Source: an uncultured Pelagibacteraceae bacterium (GTDB lineage Bacteria > Pseudomonadota > Alphaproteobacteria > Pelagibacterales > Pelagibacteraceae). From it: 64,000 bases of DNA. Position numbers and translations under genes: made by a program. The notes beneath the pieces are model-generated. The model did no database searches. It saw nothing but the letters and a program-made list of their open reading frames with translations, and had not been told where the DNA came from. The stretch covers positions 15,069-79,068 of the forward strand of contig CACJIJ010000001.1 of assembly GCA_902593445.1 (NCBI GenBank). The letters are read 5' to 3'. Of this stretch, positions 1-8,726 are shown one piece after another. Numbering within the stretch: the stretch's first letter is position 1; every line of letters begins with the position of its first letter.

Positions 1-1
1 T

Positions 2-139
2 AACGATGAACAGATTAACTCAATACATGGACCAATTGGTATTAAACTAGGAGGAAAATCTGCTCCTGAAATAGCTTTATCAATTGTTGCACAACTTGTT
101 TCTGAAACAAACAAATTATTATTGAACTCTAAATATTAA
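2..139 (+). CDS. XdhC/CoxI family molybdenum-hydroxylase maturation protein, C-terminal fragment (5' end outside window)
   Basis: Frame 2 reads NDEQINSIHGPIGIKLGGKSAPEIALSIVAQLVSETNKLLLNSKY*, matching the XdhC C-terminal pattern (IhgPiGl.iGa..PeEIAlSIvAe). Not in the ORF track. Confidence 0.75.
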   Translation, partial: NDEQINSIHGPIGIKLGGKSAPEIALSIVAQLVSETNKLLLNSKY

Positions 140-156
140 ATAATTAAATTAATTTA

Positions 157-456
157 ATGAAAAAAGGTTATTGGATAAGCTTATATATAAAAGTTGAAAA
201 TCAAGAAAACTTAAAAAAATACTCAGAAGCTGTAATTCCTATAATAAAAAGTTTTGGTGGAGTACCAATTATAAGAGGTGGCAAATATCAAACTTACAAT
301 GGTGAAGATTTTATTAGAACAGTCGTATGGGAATTTCCAAGTTACGAAAAAGCAATTGAGTGTCACGACTCTGCAGAGTATCAAGCTGGGTGGGGTCTAG
401 CTAAAGATACTACCATTAGACATATGCAAGTTATAGAGGGCTTTAATACTGAATAG
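157..456 (+). CDS. DUF1330 family small protein
   Basis: 99 aa; GG..i.RGG, VvwEFPSye.A..chdS.EYQ pattern typical of DUF1330. Confidence 0.8.
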   Translation: MKKGYWISLYIKVENQENLKKYSEAVIPIIKSFGGVPIIRGGKYQTYNGEDFIRTVVWEFPSYEKAIECHDSAEYQAGWGLAKDTTIRHMQVIEGFNTE

Positions 457-1078
457 GCTCAGGATCTATACTTCTCCAAAGATACCATGTTGCTACCGAG
501 CAATAAGGTGAAAATTTTTTATTTAAGTAAGTAACATAACTTTCAGGTGGTAAATATTTTTTATTATAATTTTTTGAAATAGCTCTTAACAATCCAATAT
601 CTTGTATAGGCCAAATATTAGGTCGATTATAAGTAAATAATAATATCATTTCTGCTGACCATCTTCCAATTTGTCTTAGTTGAGAAAGATAAATGATAGC
701 ATCCTCATCAGACATTTTTAAAATCAGTCTTGGATTAAATTGTTTATTCAATACTTGTTTTGCTAAACTTTTAATTCCTTTTACTTTCTGCCTGCTTAAA
801 CCACAACTTTTTAATTGAGTAGTAGATAATTTATTAACTGTTTTTGCATTAATTTTATTTTTACATTTTTTTTTAAATTTTAAAAAAACTGAATTTGCTG
901 CCGCAACACTAATTTGCTGTCCAACAATGCTTTTACAAAGCGAAAAGAAAACATCTTCCCTGGAAGTAAGAACTGTCTCAGATGGAGATTTGTATTTTTT
1001 AATTAATGATGACATTACTTTGTCTTTTTTTGATAAATATTTTTTTGCTTTGAGCCAATATGATGGGGTTTTACTCAT
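443..1078 (-). CDS. alkA: DNA-3-methyladenine glycosylase II (HhH-GPD family)
   Basis: SIVGQQISVAAA, GLSRQK, HhH motif LRQIGRWSAEM, P..D catalytic Asp (WPIQDIG), PYCSVATWYLWR. Confidence 0.85.
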   Translation of the reverse strand: MSKTPSYWLKAKKYLSKKDKVMSSLIKKYKSPSETVLTSREDVFFSLCKSIVGQQISVAAANSVFLKFKKKCKNKINAKTVNKLSTTQLKSCGLSRQKVKGIKSLAKQVLNKQFNPRLILKMSDEDAIIYLSQLRQIGRWSAEMILLFTYNRPNIWPIQDIGLLRAISKNYNKKYLPPESYVTYLNKKFSPYCSVATWYLWRSIDPEPIQY

Positions 1079-1952
1079 GTCTAGATACAGAAAGACGTTT
1101 TTTTAAAACTATCTCTCGTCTAAAGATAATAAATGAAGATAAAATCACTAATCCAGCACCTAGTAAAGTTTTGAATGTTGGTATTTCGTCCCAAATAAAA
1201 TATCCAAAAATAATTGCAAATACTAAAGCGAGATATTTCAGTGGTGTTACTAAGCTCACTTCAGATAATTTATAAGATTGAGATAACCATAAATTTGCCA
1301 GGCCACCTAATATTCCAATTAGAGATAACAAAAATAAATCAATTAAACTTGGAAGAATCCAATTTTGATAAAAAGATAAAAAACTTAAAAGCATTATAGA
1401 AAAAGAAAAGAAAAAACTAATCAACCACACTGGCTCTGTTGAGGACAATTTTCTTATAGCTATAGCAACATATGATAATCCTAAACAAAAGATTATAGGA
1501 TAAATGTAATATAAGTTAAGAGAACTGAAACCAGGTTCAGATATTATAATTATACCAACGAAACCAACTAAAACCGCCAGCCATCTATATAAACCCACTT
1601 TTTCATTTAACAAAAAAATTGAAAATATAGTAGTAAATATTGGTGCAGCAAATGTTATACTCACAACAGTTGCTAAAGGTAAATTTCTTAGAGCAACGAA
1701 TATAGATACCAATGCGATCAATCCAGCCAAACACCTTTTAAAATGAAGAAAAGGTCTAGACGTTTTATAAAAGTCAAAATATCTATCTTTTGGTATAAGA
1801 AACAAAATTGGAATAATCCCACAAAAACCCCTGAAGAATAAGACTTGTCCCACCGGATAATCATCAGACCATTTAACAATCACATCCATAAGTGAAAATG
1901 CACAAACAGATATGAACATGTAAAAAAAGCCTAATTGATTTTTTGATAGCAT
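1071..1952 (-). CDS. DMT/EamA family transporter (resembles the alphaproteobacterial SAM-uptake-type DMT; substrate unverified)
   Basis: 293 aa, about 10 TM segments, two EamA repeats (LPLATVVSITFAAPIF...LNEKVG; GYFIWDEIP). Confidence 0.85.
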   Translation of the reverse strand: MLSKNQLGFFYMFISVCAFSLMDVIVKWSDDYPVGQVLFFRGFCGIIPILFLIPKDRYFDFYKTSRPFLHFKRCLAGLIALVSIFVALRNLPLATVVSITFAAPIFTTIFSIFLLNEKVGLYRWLAVLVGFVGIIIISEPGFSSLNLYYIYPIIFCLGLSYVAIAIRKLSSTEPVWLISFFFSFSIMLLSFLSFYQNWILPSLIDLFLLSLIGILGGLANLWLSQSYKLSEVSLVTPLKYLALVFAIIFGYFIWDEIPTFKTLLGAGLVILSSFIIFRREIVLKKRLSVSRHE

Positions 1953-1986
1953 ATGATTAACTTTAAATTAATTAAGTTATTAATCA

Positions 1987-2430
1987 ATGGAAATAGCAAT
2001 TTTAGGATTAGGATGTTTTTGGGGACCAGAAATTAAGTTTAGTAAACTTGATGGAGTTATAAGAACAGAAGTAGGTTATTGTGGAGGTCATAATGCTGAA
2101 ACAAATTACAAAGAAGTATGCACAGGCACAACAAATCATGCAGAAGTAGTAAAATTAGATTTTGATCCTAAAGTAATATCTTACGAAAAAATACTTGAAT
2201 ATTTTTTTGAAATTCATGATCCAACAACCTTAAATTCTCAAGGACCAGATTTTGGAACTCAATATAGAAGTGAAATATTTTATTTAAATGATCAGCAAAA
2301 AATTACTGCTGAAAAAATGATAGAAAAAGAAAACTTCAAATTATCAGGAAAAGTAGTAACAAAAACTTCTTTAGTTAAAAACTATTGCCCAGCTGAAGAG
2401 TATCATCAACGATATTTGGAAAAAAGATAA
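1987..2430 (+). CDS. msrA: Peptide-methionine (S)-S-oxide reductase, short form
   Basis: GCFWG catalytic motif, HAEVV, HDPTTLNSQGPDFGTQYRS, AEEYHQRY. Confidence 0.95.
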   Translation: MEIAILGLGCFWGPEIKFSKLDGVIRTEVGYCGGHNAETNYKEVCTGTTNHAEVVKLDFDPKVISYEKILEYFFEIHDPTTLNSQGPDFGTQYRSEIFYLNDQQKITAEKMIEKENFKLSGKVVTKTSLVKNYCPAEEYHQRYLEKR

Positions 2431-2431
2431 A

Positions 2432-3244
2432 ATGTCTTTAGTTGATACAAGTTGGTTAGAAAATAATATTAATAAAGTAAAAATTATTGATTGCTCATGG
2501 CATATGCCTCAAACTCAAAGAAACGGTTTTAAGGAATATACAGAGGAACATATTCCAAATGCTATTTTTTTTGATTTAGATAAAAATTCTAAATTAGATA
2601 CTGATTTACCACATATGCTTACTGATACTAAATCTTGGGAAAAAATAATGAGCAACATGGGTATAGAAAATAATGATCGAATAGTAATTTACGATAATTC
2701 TGATGTTATTAGTTCTTGTAGATGTTGGTACAATTTAATTTATTATGGACATGATCCTAAACTAGTTCATGTTCTGGATGGCGGATTAAAAAAATGGAAA
2801 AAAGAAAATAAATCAACTGATAATAAAGAAGTAACTAATCAAACTTCCAAGTATACATGTAAAGAAAATTTAGAACTTGTTAAAAACAAAAAACAAATAG
2901 ATGAAAATATTGATACACAAGAATTTAAAGTAGTTGATGCAAGAAGTAGAGATAGATTTGAAGGAAAAGTTACTGAACCAAGGAAAGGTCTTAGAAGTGG
3001 TTCAATAAAAAATTCTTTTTGTCTCCCCTTTTCTGAATTAATAAATGAAGATCACACTTTTGTTAGTAAAGATAAAATACTTGAAAAATTTAAGTTACTT
3101 AAATTTGAACATGATAAAAATGTAGTATTTTCATGTGGTTCTGGAGTAACAGCAAGTGTATTGGCACTAGCTTATTCTTTAATAAATGCTAAATATATGC
3201 CCACAATATATGATGGCTCGTGGTCAGAGTATGGAAAGAACTAA
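2432..3244 (+). CDS. sseA: 3-mercaptopyruvate sulfurtransferase (tandem rhodanese)
   Basis: HIPNAIFFD, LPHML, VLDGG, active loop CGSGVTA, YDGSWSEY rhodanese signature. Confidence 0.9.
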   Translation: MSLVDTSWLENNINKVKIIDCSWHMPQTQRNGFKEYTEEHIPNAIFFDLDKNSKLDTDLPHMLTDTKSWEKIMSNMGIENNDRIVIYDNSDVISSCRCWYNLIYYGHDPKLVHVLDGGLKKWKKENKSTDNKEVTNQTSKYTCKENLELVKNKKQIDENIDTQEFKVVDARSRDRFEGKVTEPRKGLRSGSIKNSFCLPFSELINEDHTFVSKDKILEKFKLLKFEHDKNVVFSCGSGVTASVLALAYSLINAKYMPTIYDGSWSEYGKN

Positions 3245-3247
3245 TTA

Positions 3248-4243
3248 ATGAAAACATCTACAAAAGTCACAAGTATAGTAATTATATTTTTTTTAATAAT
3301 TGCAACTGTAATCATTGGAAGAACAATGATTGGAAATCACTTCAAAAAAAAATTTAGCAAAAGACCTCCTCCAGGAATAATAGTAACCACTACACAAGAG
3401 AGAGTTTTTGAAAATGTTATTAGCACATACGGAACAGCTGCTCCAATTCAAACTCAATCGTTTAAGATTGAAAAATATGAAATACTTAAACCAATAAATT
3501 TTAACCAAAAAGTTAAAAAAGGCGATGTAATTGCTAATCTTAAAAACAGGAAAATTATTGCTCAATTTGATGGTGTTATTGGAAAAAGAGAATTCTCTGA
3601 AGATTTAGAAGTTTCTAAATCTTCTTTACTAATCAATCTTGAAGATACTAGTTATATATATTGTGATGTAGATATACCTGAAATTTTTGTGCCTTTTGTC
3701 AAAGTTGGTTTACCAGTGGATATTAAATTTTCTGGTTACAAAAATAAAATTTATAAAGGAGAGGTAGATTCTTTTGCAAGTAGAATTAGTGAGGATACTA
3801 GAGCTTTAGCTACTAGAATAAAAATGAATAATGCATCTGGTGAAATATTACCGGGCTCATTTCTAGAAATTTCAATTAAGTACGATGTAAGAAATGGTTT
3901 AAGTGCACCAGATACAAGTACGATAGTAGAAGGTGAAAATGTTTTTATTTATAAAGTTGATGAAAAAAATAAAGTAGCAAAAACTAAAGTAACTATAGGT
4001 GATAGATATTTAGGTTTTGTAGAAATATTAGACGGGTTAAATAATGGAGACAAAATAGTTGCTGAAGGAACTAAAAAAGTTAGACCTAATTTAACCATAA
4101 GACCAATTGATAAAGGATCTAAAAAAAAGCAAGGAAACTCTGGTTGGGGTGGAAAAAAGAAATCAAAAAAAGCTGAAGAAAAAAAAGGTAAGTTTGATTG
4201 GTTAAAAAATATTTTTAAAAAATCAGAAAAAGAAAAAAAATAA
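3248..4243 (+). CDS. RND efflux periplasmic adaptor (MFP), lacking the alpha-helical hairpin
   Basis: N-terminal TM anchor; lipoyl halves KVKKGDVI and IAQFDGVIG; beta-barrel DIPE and TRALATR; LPG.F; V..G.R..G.VEIl.GL..GD..V.EG; directly upstream of an RND permease. Confidence 0.85.
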   Translation: MKTSTKVTSIVIIFFLIIATVIIGRTMIGNHFKKKFSKRPPPGIIVTTTQERVFENVISTYGTAAPIQTQSFKIEKYEILKPINFNQKVKKGDVIANLKNRKIIAQFDGVIGKREFSEDLEVSKSSLLINLEDTSYIYCDVDIPEIFVPFVKVGLPVDIKFSGYKNKIYKGEVDSFASRISEDTRALATRIKMNNASGEILPGSFLEISIKYDVRNGLSAPDTSTIVEGENVFIYKVDEKNKVAKTKVTIGDRYLGFVEILDGLNNGDKIVAEGTKKVRPNLTIRPIDKGSKKKQGNSGWGGKKKSKKAEEKKGKFDWLKNIFKKSEKEKK

Positions 4244-4247
4244 TTAA

Positions 4248-7200
4248 ATGTATATAACTGAAGTTAGTATTAAACGACCTGTTGTAGCGTGGGTTATGTC
4301 TTTGATATTAATTATTTTTGGTGTATTTGTTTTTTCAGAGTTACCAGTTCGAGAACTTCCTGATGGTATACAACCTCCTGTTGTTCAAGTTCAAACCGAT
4401 TATAAATCAGCATCAGCAGAAATAGTCGATGAAGAAATAACTCAAAAACTCGAAGATGTTATAGGTGGAGCTGAGGGTATTAAGAATATCGATTCAAGCT
4501 CTTTAAATGGTAGAAGTAGAATTAATATTCAATTTAATACAGACATAGACCTCGATGATGCTGCAAACGATATAAGAGAAAGGGTTGCTAGAGTCGTTGA
4601 TAATCTACCAAGTGAGTCAAATCCACCACAAATTTTAAAACAAGCAGCTGGTTTTACAACAACAATGTGGGTTGCACTTTCATCTCCAACCTGGAGTGAT
4701 CTAGATCTTGGTGATTATGCCGAAAGATATCTTATAGACGCATTTTCAAGTGTTCCAAATGTCGGAAGAATTTTAGTTGGTGGTTTAAGAGAACTTAGTG
4801 TCAGAGTTTGGATAGACCCAATCAAATTGGCTGCAAATGATCTTACTATTCAAGAGGTGGAAAGAGCTCTGAGAAATGAAAATATCAACCTTCCAGCTGG
4901 AACCTTGGAAGCAAACAATAAAGATTTAACTTTAAATATAGATAAATCTTATACAAATATAAATACAATAAAGCAGCTTCCTCTTAGAAAAAATAAAGAC
5001 AAAGTAATAATACTTTCAGATGTTGCAAATGTTGAATTTGGACCAGTTTCAGAAAAAACTTTATTTAAAGCACAAAGAAAAAATGCTGTAAATTTAAAAA
5101 CTGTTGGGATTGGAATTTATGCAAAAAGTGGTGCCTCGACTGTCGAATTATCTAATCAAATTAAGGTTAAAATAAAAGAACTTAACAAATCCTTACCTGA
5201 TGGATTAAAATTAGAAATAGCATTTAATAGAGCTACTTACATAGGTGCTGCAATAGAAGAGGTATATAAAAGTTTAGTCATTGCGTTTGTCCTAGTTGTT
5301 TTGATTATTTACCTCTTTCTTGGAAATCTTAAAGCAGTCATTGTACCAGCAGTAGCTCTACCAGTTAGTTTGATTGGTTCATTTCTTGGATTGTATATAT
5401 TTGATCTCTCAATAAATATTTTTGTATTGTTGAGTTTTATTTTAGCAATTGGAATAATTACTGATGATTCTGTAATTATGACTGATGCAATATATACAAG
5501 AATAGAAAATGGTGAGACACCTCTAGTTGCTGCATATAAGGGTTCAAAACAAATTACTTTTGCTATTATTGCAACTACTTTAATTTTAATTGCAGTATTT
5601 TTGCCACTAATTTTTATAAAAGGAATTTCTGGAACATTATTTAAGGAAACTGCAATAGCATTATCTTTCTCTATTGTTGTCTCGTCATTTGTAGCATTAA
5701 CTTTATCTCCAATGCTTGGAAGTAAATTTTTGAATAAAAAAGAAAAAATTAATTTCTTTGTCAGAAAATTTAATAATGGATTTAAATCTTTTACGGGATT
5801 TTACATTGACTCACTTAAATATTGGATTAACAAGAAAAAAACTATTTCTATATTTATAATCTTAATAGTTTGTGCATCTGCCTATCTTTTTAATTTTTCA
5901 AAAAAAGAACTATTACCAATGGAAGATAGAGGTTCTTATTTAATAATAGGATCAACTGATGAAGGAAGTTCATTTGAATACACTCAAGAAAAAGCTCAAA
6001 TTATAGAGAGTAGAATATTAAGGCTATTACAAGCTGAAAATAGTCCTTATGAAAGATTAATAATGAGGGTTCCTGGTTTTGGTAAGTCTGCTACAACCTA
6101 TAATACATTTATTATAATTGCATTATTAGATGAATGGAAAAATAGAGAAAAAAGTAGCCAAATTGTTCTTAGAGAAGCAATTGGACAAGTAGTTTCAGTT
6201 CCTGAAACCTTTGCTTTTCCAATATCTCCTCAAGGAATTAGAGTTTCAAGCTACAACAAACCAGTACAAATGGTTATCTATGGATCTAGTTATGAGGAGC
6301 TTGAAGAAATCCAAAGCAATGTTTTAAGAGCACTAAGAAAAAACAGAAATATGTTTAGAATAGAAAGTGATTACACAAAAAATAAACCAGAAGTAAAATT
6401 AATCACAAATAAAAATAGAGCAAATGATTTAGGAGTATCAACTGAAAATATTGGGAGAACTCTTGAGACACTTTATGGAGGAAAAAGAGTTACATCATTT
6501 AGTAAAGAAGGAAGAGAATACCCTATTATACTACAACAATATTTAGCAGATAGAAGAGATAAAGATGGTTTATCAAAGATCTTTGTAAGATCCGAAACAA
6601 CAGGAAAATTAGTTTCTGTAGCAAGTCTTGTGGAGTTTAAAGAAAAAGGTACTGCAGAAGCTTTACCCAGATATAATCGTCAAAGAGCTGTGACGATTTC
6701 CGCTGCTCTTTCTGAGGATTATACTCTAACAGAGGCAGTAAAGTATTTAGAAGACGTAATGGTTAAAGTTGCACCTCAAAATCAGATTACCTGGAAAGGA
6801 AAATCTGAGGAATTAAAAGAAACAACAAATGAAATATATTTAATTTTTGCTCTTGCTTTATTAACAGCCTATTTAGTAATGGCGGCAACTTTTAACTCTT
6901 TTGTTCACCCATTTATAATAATACTAACTGTTCCACTCGCAGTCTTTGGTGGATTGGTATTTATTTTGCTTTTGAACAGTTCAATAAATATATTTTCGCA
7001 AATTGCATTGATTATACTTATTGGTATATCTACTAAAAATAGTATTTTAATTGTAGATTATGCAAACCAATTAAGAACGACTGGCATTAAAATTGAGGAT
7101 GCTTTACTTAAAGCATGTCAGCTTAGAATTCGACCAATCATAATGACCTCCCTAAGTACAATGATTGCAATGCTTCCTCTTGTAATAGGAAATATTGGTC

Positions 7201-7370
7201 CAGGAGCTGGTGAAGGTTCAAGATTAGCTGTTGGCTCTACAATTTTAGGAGGAATGATAATTTCAACTTTCTTTACTTTGTATGTAACTCCCACAATGTA
7301 TTTAACTCTTGCTAAAAATACTAAGCGTATTGATGCAGTAGACATTGAGTTAAAAAAACAATTAGATTAA
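4248..7370 (+). CDS. RND efflux permease (HAE1/AcrB-MexF-MdtB-like)
   Basis: 1040 aa; IKRPV start, LPVRELP, TM4 DD, LTLSPML, TM10 KNSILIVD, R.RPIIMTS. Confidence 0.95.
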   Translation: MYITEVSIKRPVVAWVMSLILIIFGVFVFSELPVRELPDGIQPPVVQVQTDYKSASAEIVDEEITQKLEDVIGGAEGIKNIDSSSLNGRSRINIQFNTDIDLDDAANDIRERVARVVDNLPSESNPPQILKQAAGFTTTMWVALSSPTWSDLDLGDYAERYLIDAFSSVPNVGRILVGGLRELSVRVWIDPIKLAANDLTIQEVERALRNENINLPAGTLEANNKDLTLNIDKSYTNINTIKQLPLRKNKDKVIILSDVANVEFGPVSEKTLFKAQRKNAVNLKTVGIGIYAKSGASTVELSNQIKVKIKELNKSLPDGLKLEIAFNRATYIGAAIEEVYKSLVIAFVLVVLIIYLFLGNLKAVIVPAVALPVSLIGSFLGLYIFDLSINIFVLLSFILAIGIITDDSVIMTDAIYTRIENGETPLVAAYKGSKQITFAIIATTLILIAVFLPLIFIKGISGTLFKETAIALSFSIVVSSFVALTLSPMLGSKFLNKKEKINFFVRKFNNGFKSFTGFYIDSLKYWINKKKTISIFIILIVCASAYLFNFSKKELLPMEDRGSYLIIGSTDEGSSFEYTQEKAQIIESRILRLLQAENSPYERLIMRVPGFGKSATTYNTFIIIALLDEWKNREKSSQIVLREAIGQVVSVPETFAFPISPQGIRVSSYNKPVQMVIYGSSYEELEEIQSNVLRALRKNRNMFRIESDYTKNKPEVKLITNKNRANDLGVSTENIGRTLETLYGGKRVTSFSKEGREYPIILQQYLADRRDKDGLSKIFVRSETTGKLVSVASLVEFKEKGTAEALPRYNRQRAVTISAALSEDYTLTEAVKYLEDVMVKVAPQNQITWKGKSEELKETTNEIYLIFALALLTAYLVMAATFNSFVHPFIIILTVPLAVFGGLVFILLLNSSINIFSQIALIILIGISTKNSILIVDYANQLRTTGIKIEDALLKACQLRIRPIIMTSLSTMIAMLPLVIGNIGPGAGEGSRLAVGSTILGGMIISTFFTLYVTPTMYLTLAKNTKRIDAVDIELKKQLD

Positions 7371-7969
7371 AAAATAATATATTTTGAAGTAGATAAAGAA
7401 TTTTTACATTCTGCTAATTGTTGTTTATAAATATTTGATTGTTTTTCAACTCTTTTGGCTAAATTAATAACTTTTTTATTGCTTTTATAATTTTTGAAAT
7501 TTCCCCATCCCTCATGATATGCAATATACTGTTTGAAAGAATCATTTTTTGAAACTTTTAAAATTTTTTCAGTTTTATTGGTGTACCAACCAATAAAATC
7601 AACACTGTCTTTAAATCTTGCTCTTGTTGCATATTTATTTCCAGTTTCCTCTTTATATTGCTTCCATGTTCCTTTAACAGCTTGTGAATATCCAAAAGAG
7701 CTTGAAGGTCTTTTGTAAGGTACTACTTTAAATAATTTTTGTCTCGGAGGCTTTGCAAATCTATTAAAACTAGACTCCATCTTAATGATTGCGAGCTGTA
7801 AATAAACTGGTGTACCCCATTTTTTTTCGGTTTTTTTTGCATGTTTATACCATAAATATTTTTCCTGAAAAATAGAGCAACTATTTGAAGCATTTTTAGG
7901 AATTGATGAACATGCTGACAGAAAAAAAATGATAAAAAGTATTAAACTTTTTTTTATTAAAAAATTCAT
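7367..7969 (-). CDS. Lipoprotein with transglycosylase SLT-like domain
   Basis: Lipobox LSAC; AIIKMESSF (catalytic Glu-Ser), SSSFGYSQA, AYHEG. Confidence 0.75.
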   Translation of the reverse strand: MNFLIKKSLILFIIFFLSACSSIPKNASNSCSIFQEKYLWYKHAKKTEKKWGTPVYLQLAIIKMESSFNRFAKPPRQKLFKVVPYKRPSSSFGYSQAVKGTWKQYKEETGNKYATRARFKDSVDFIGWYTNKTEKILKVSKNDSFKQYIAYHEGWGNFKNYKSNKKVINLAKRVEKQSNIYKQQLAECKNSLSTSKYIIF

Positions 7970-8018
7970 TATTAATTATAATAGTTTTATTTATCAAATT
8001 ATTCTAAAAGATAAACAG

Positions 8019-8726
8019 ATGAGTTATTTAATTTTAGTAAGGCACGGCCAAAGTATATGGAATCTTGAAAAGAAATTTACTGGATGGGTTGATGTAGATT
8101 TAACTGAAAATGGAAAATTAGAAGCAAAAAAAGCAGGTCAGTTAATAAAACAAAAACAAATTGAGATTAATCTTTATTATTCATCCTATCAATTAAGAGC
8201 GAAAAATACCTTACAAATTATACAAAAAGAATTAGGGGATTTTAAAAATGTAAAGAGTGCTTGGGAATTAAATGAAAGACATTATGGAGCACTCACGGGT
8301 TTAAATAAAGATGAAATGAAAAAAAAACTTGGGGAGGAAAAAGTTCATCAATTTAGACGTTCTTGGGATCTTAGACCTGACCCTTTAGATAAAAAAAATC
8401 CATACCATCCAATAAATATTCAAACCTACAAAAAAATTCCATTAGAAAAAATTCCTGACACTGAGTCATTAAAAGATACATATGAAAGAGTAATAAAATT
8501 TTATAACCAAGAAATAGAAAACAAAACAAATGAAAATATTCTTATTTCTGCTCATGGAAACTCTATTAGAGCTCTTTGCAAACATTTGTTCAATTTAGAT
8601 GACAATGAGATCTCTAAACTTGAAATACCTACAGGAAACCCGCTTTTAATTGAATTAGAAAACAGCAAAATTTCTAATTGCAAATATCTTGATCAAGAAA
8701 GAGCTAAAGATCTTTTAGTTTTTTAA
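8019..8726 (+). CDS. gpmA: 2,3-bisphosphoglycerate-dependent phosphoglycerate mutase
   Basis: LVRHGQS.WN..FTGW.DV, LNERHYGAL, RRSWD, AHGNS.R, IPTG.P. Start moved from 7929 to ATG 8019 (MSYLILVRHG), which removes the overlap with the divergent gene. Confidence 0.92.
   Translation: MSYLILVRHGQSIWNLEKKFTGWVDVDLTENGKLEAKKAGQLIKQKQIEINLYYSSYQLRAKNTLQIIQKELGDFKNVKSAWELNERHYGALTGLNKDEMKKKLGEEKVHQFRRSWDLRPDPLDKKNPYHPINIQTYKKIPLEKIPDTESLKDTYERVIKFYNQEIENKTNENILISAHGNSIRALCKHLFNLDDNEISKLEIPTGNPLLIELENSKISNCKYLDQERAKDLLVF

Noticed and set aside
7929-8018. N-terminal extension of gpmA in the ORF track (similar extensions on rpmB 22552-22653, ctpA 38408-38443, tsaE 10809-10835)
   Set aside because: Longest-ORF artefacts overlapping neighbouring genes; family homology begins at the downstream ATG
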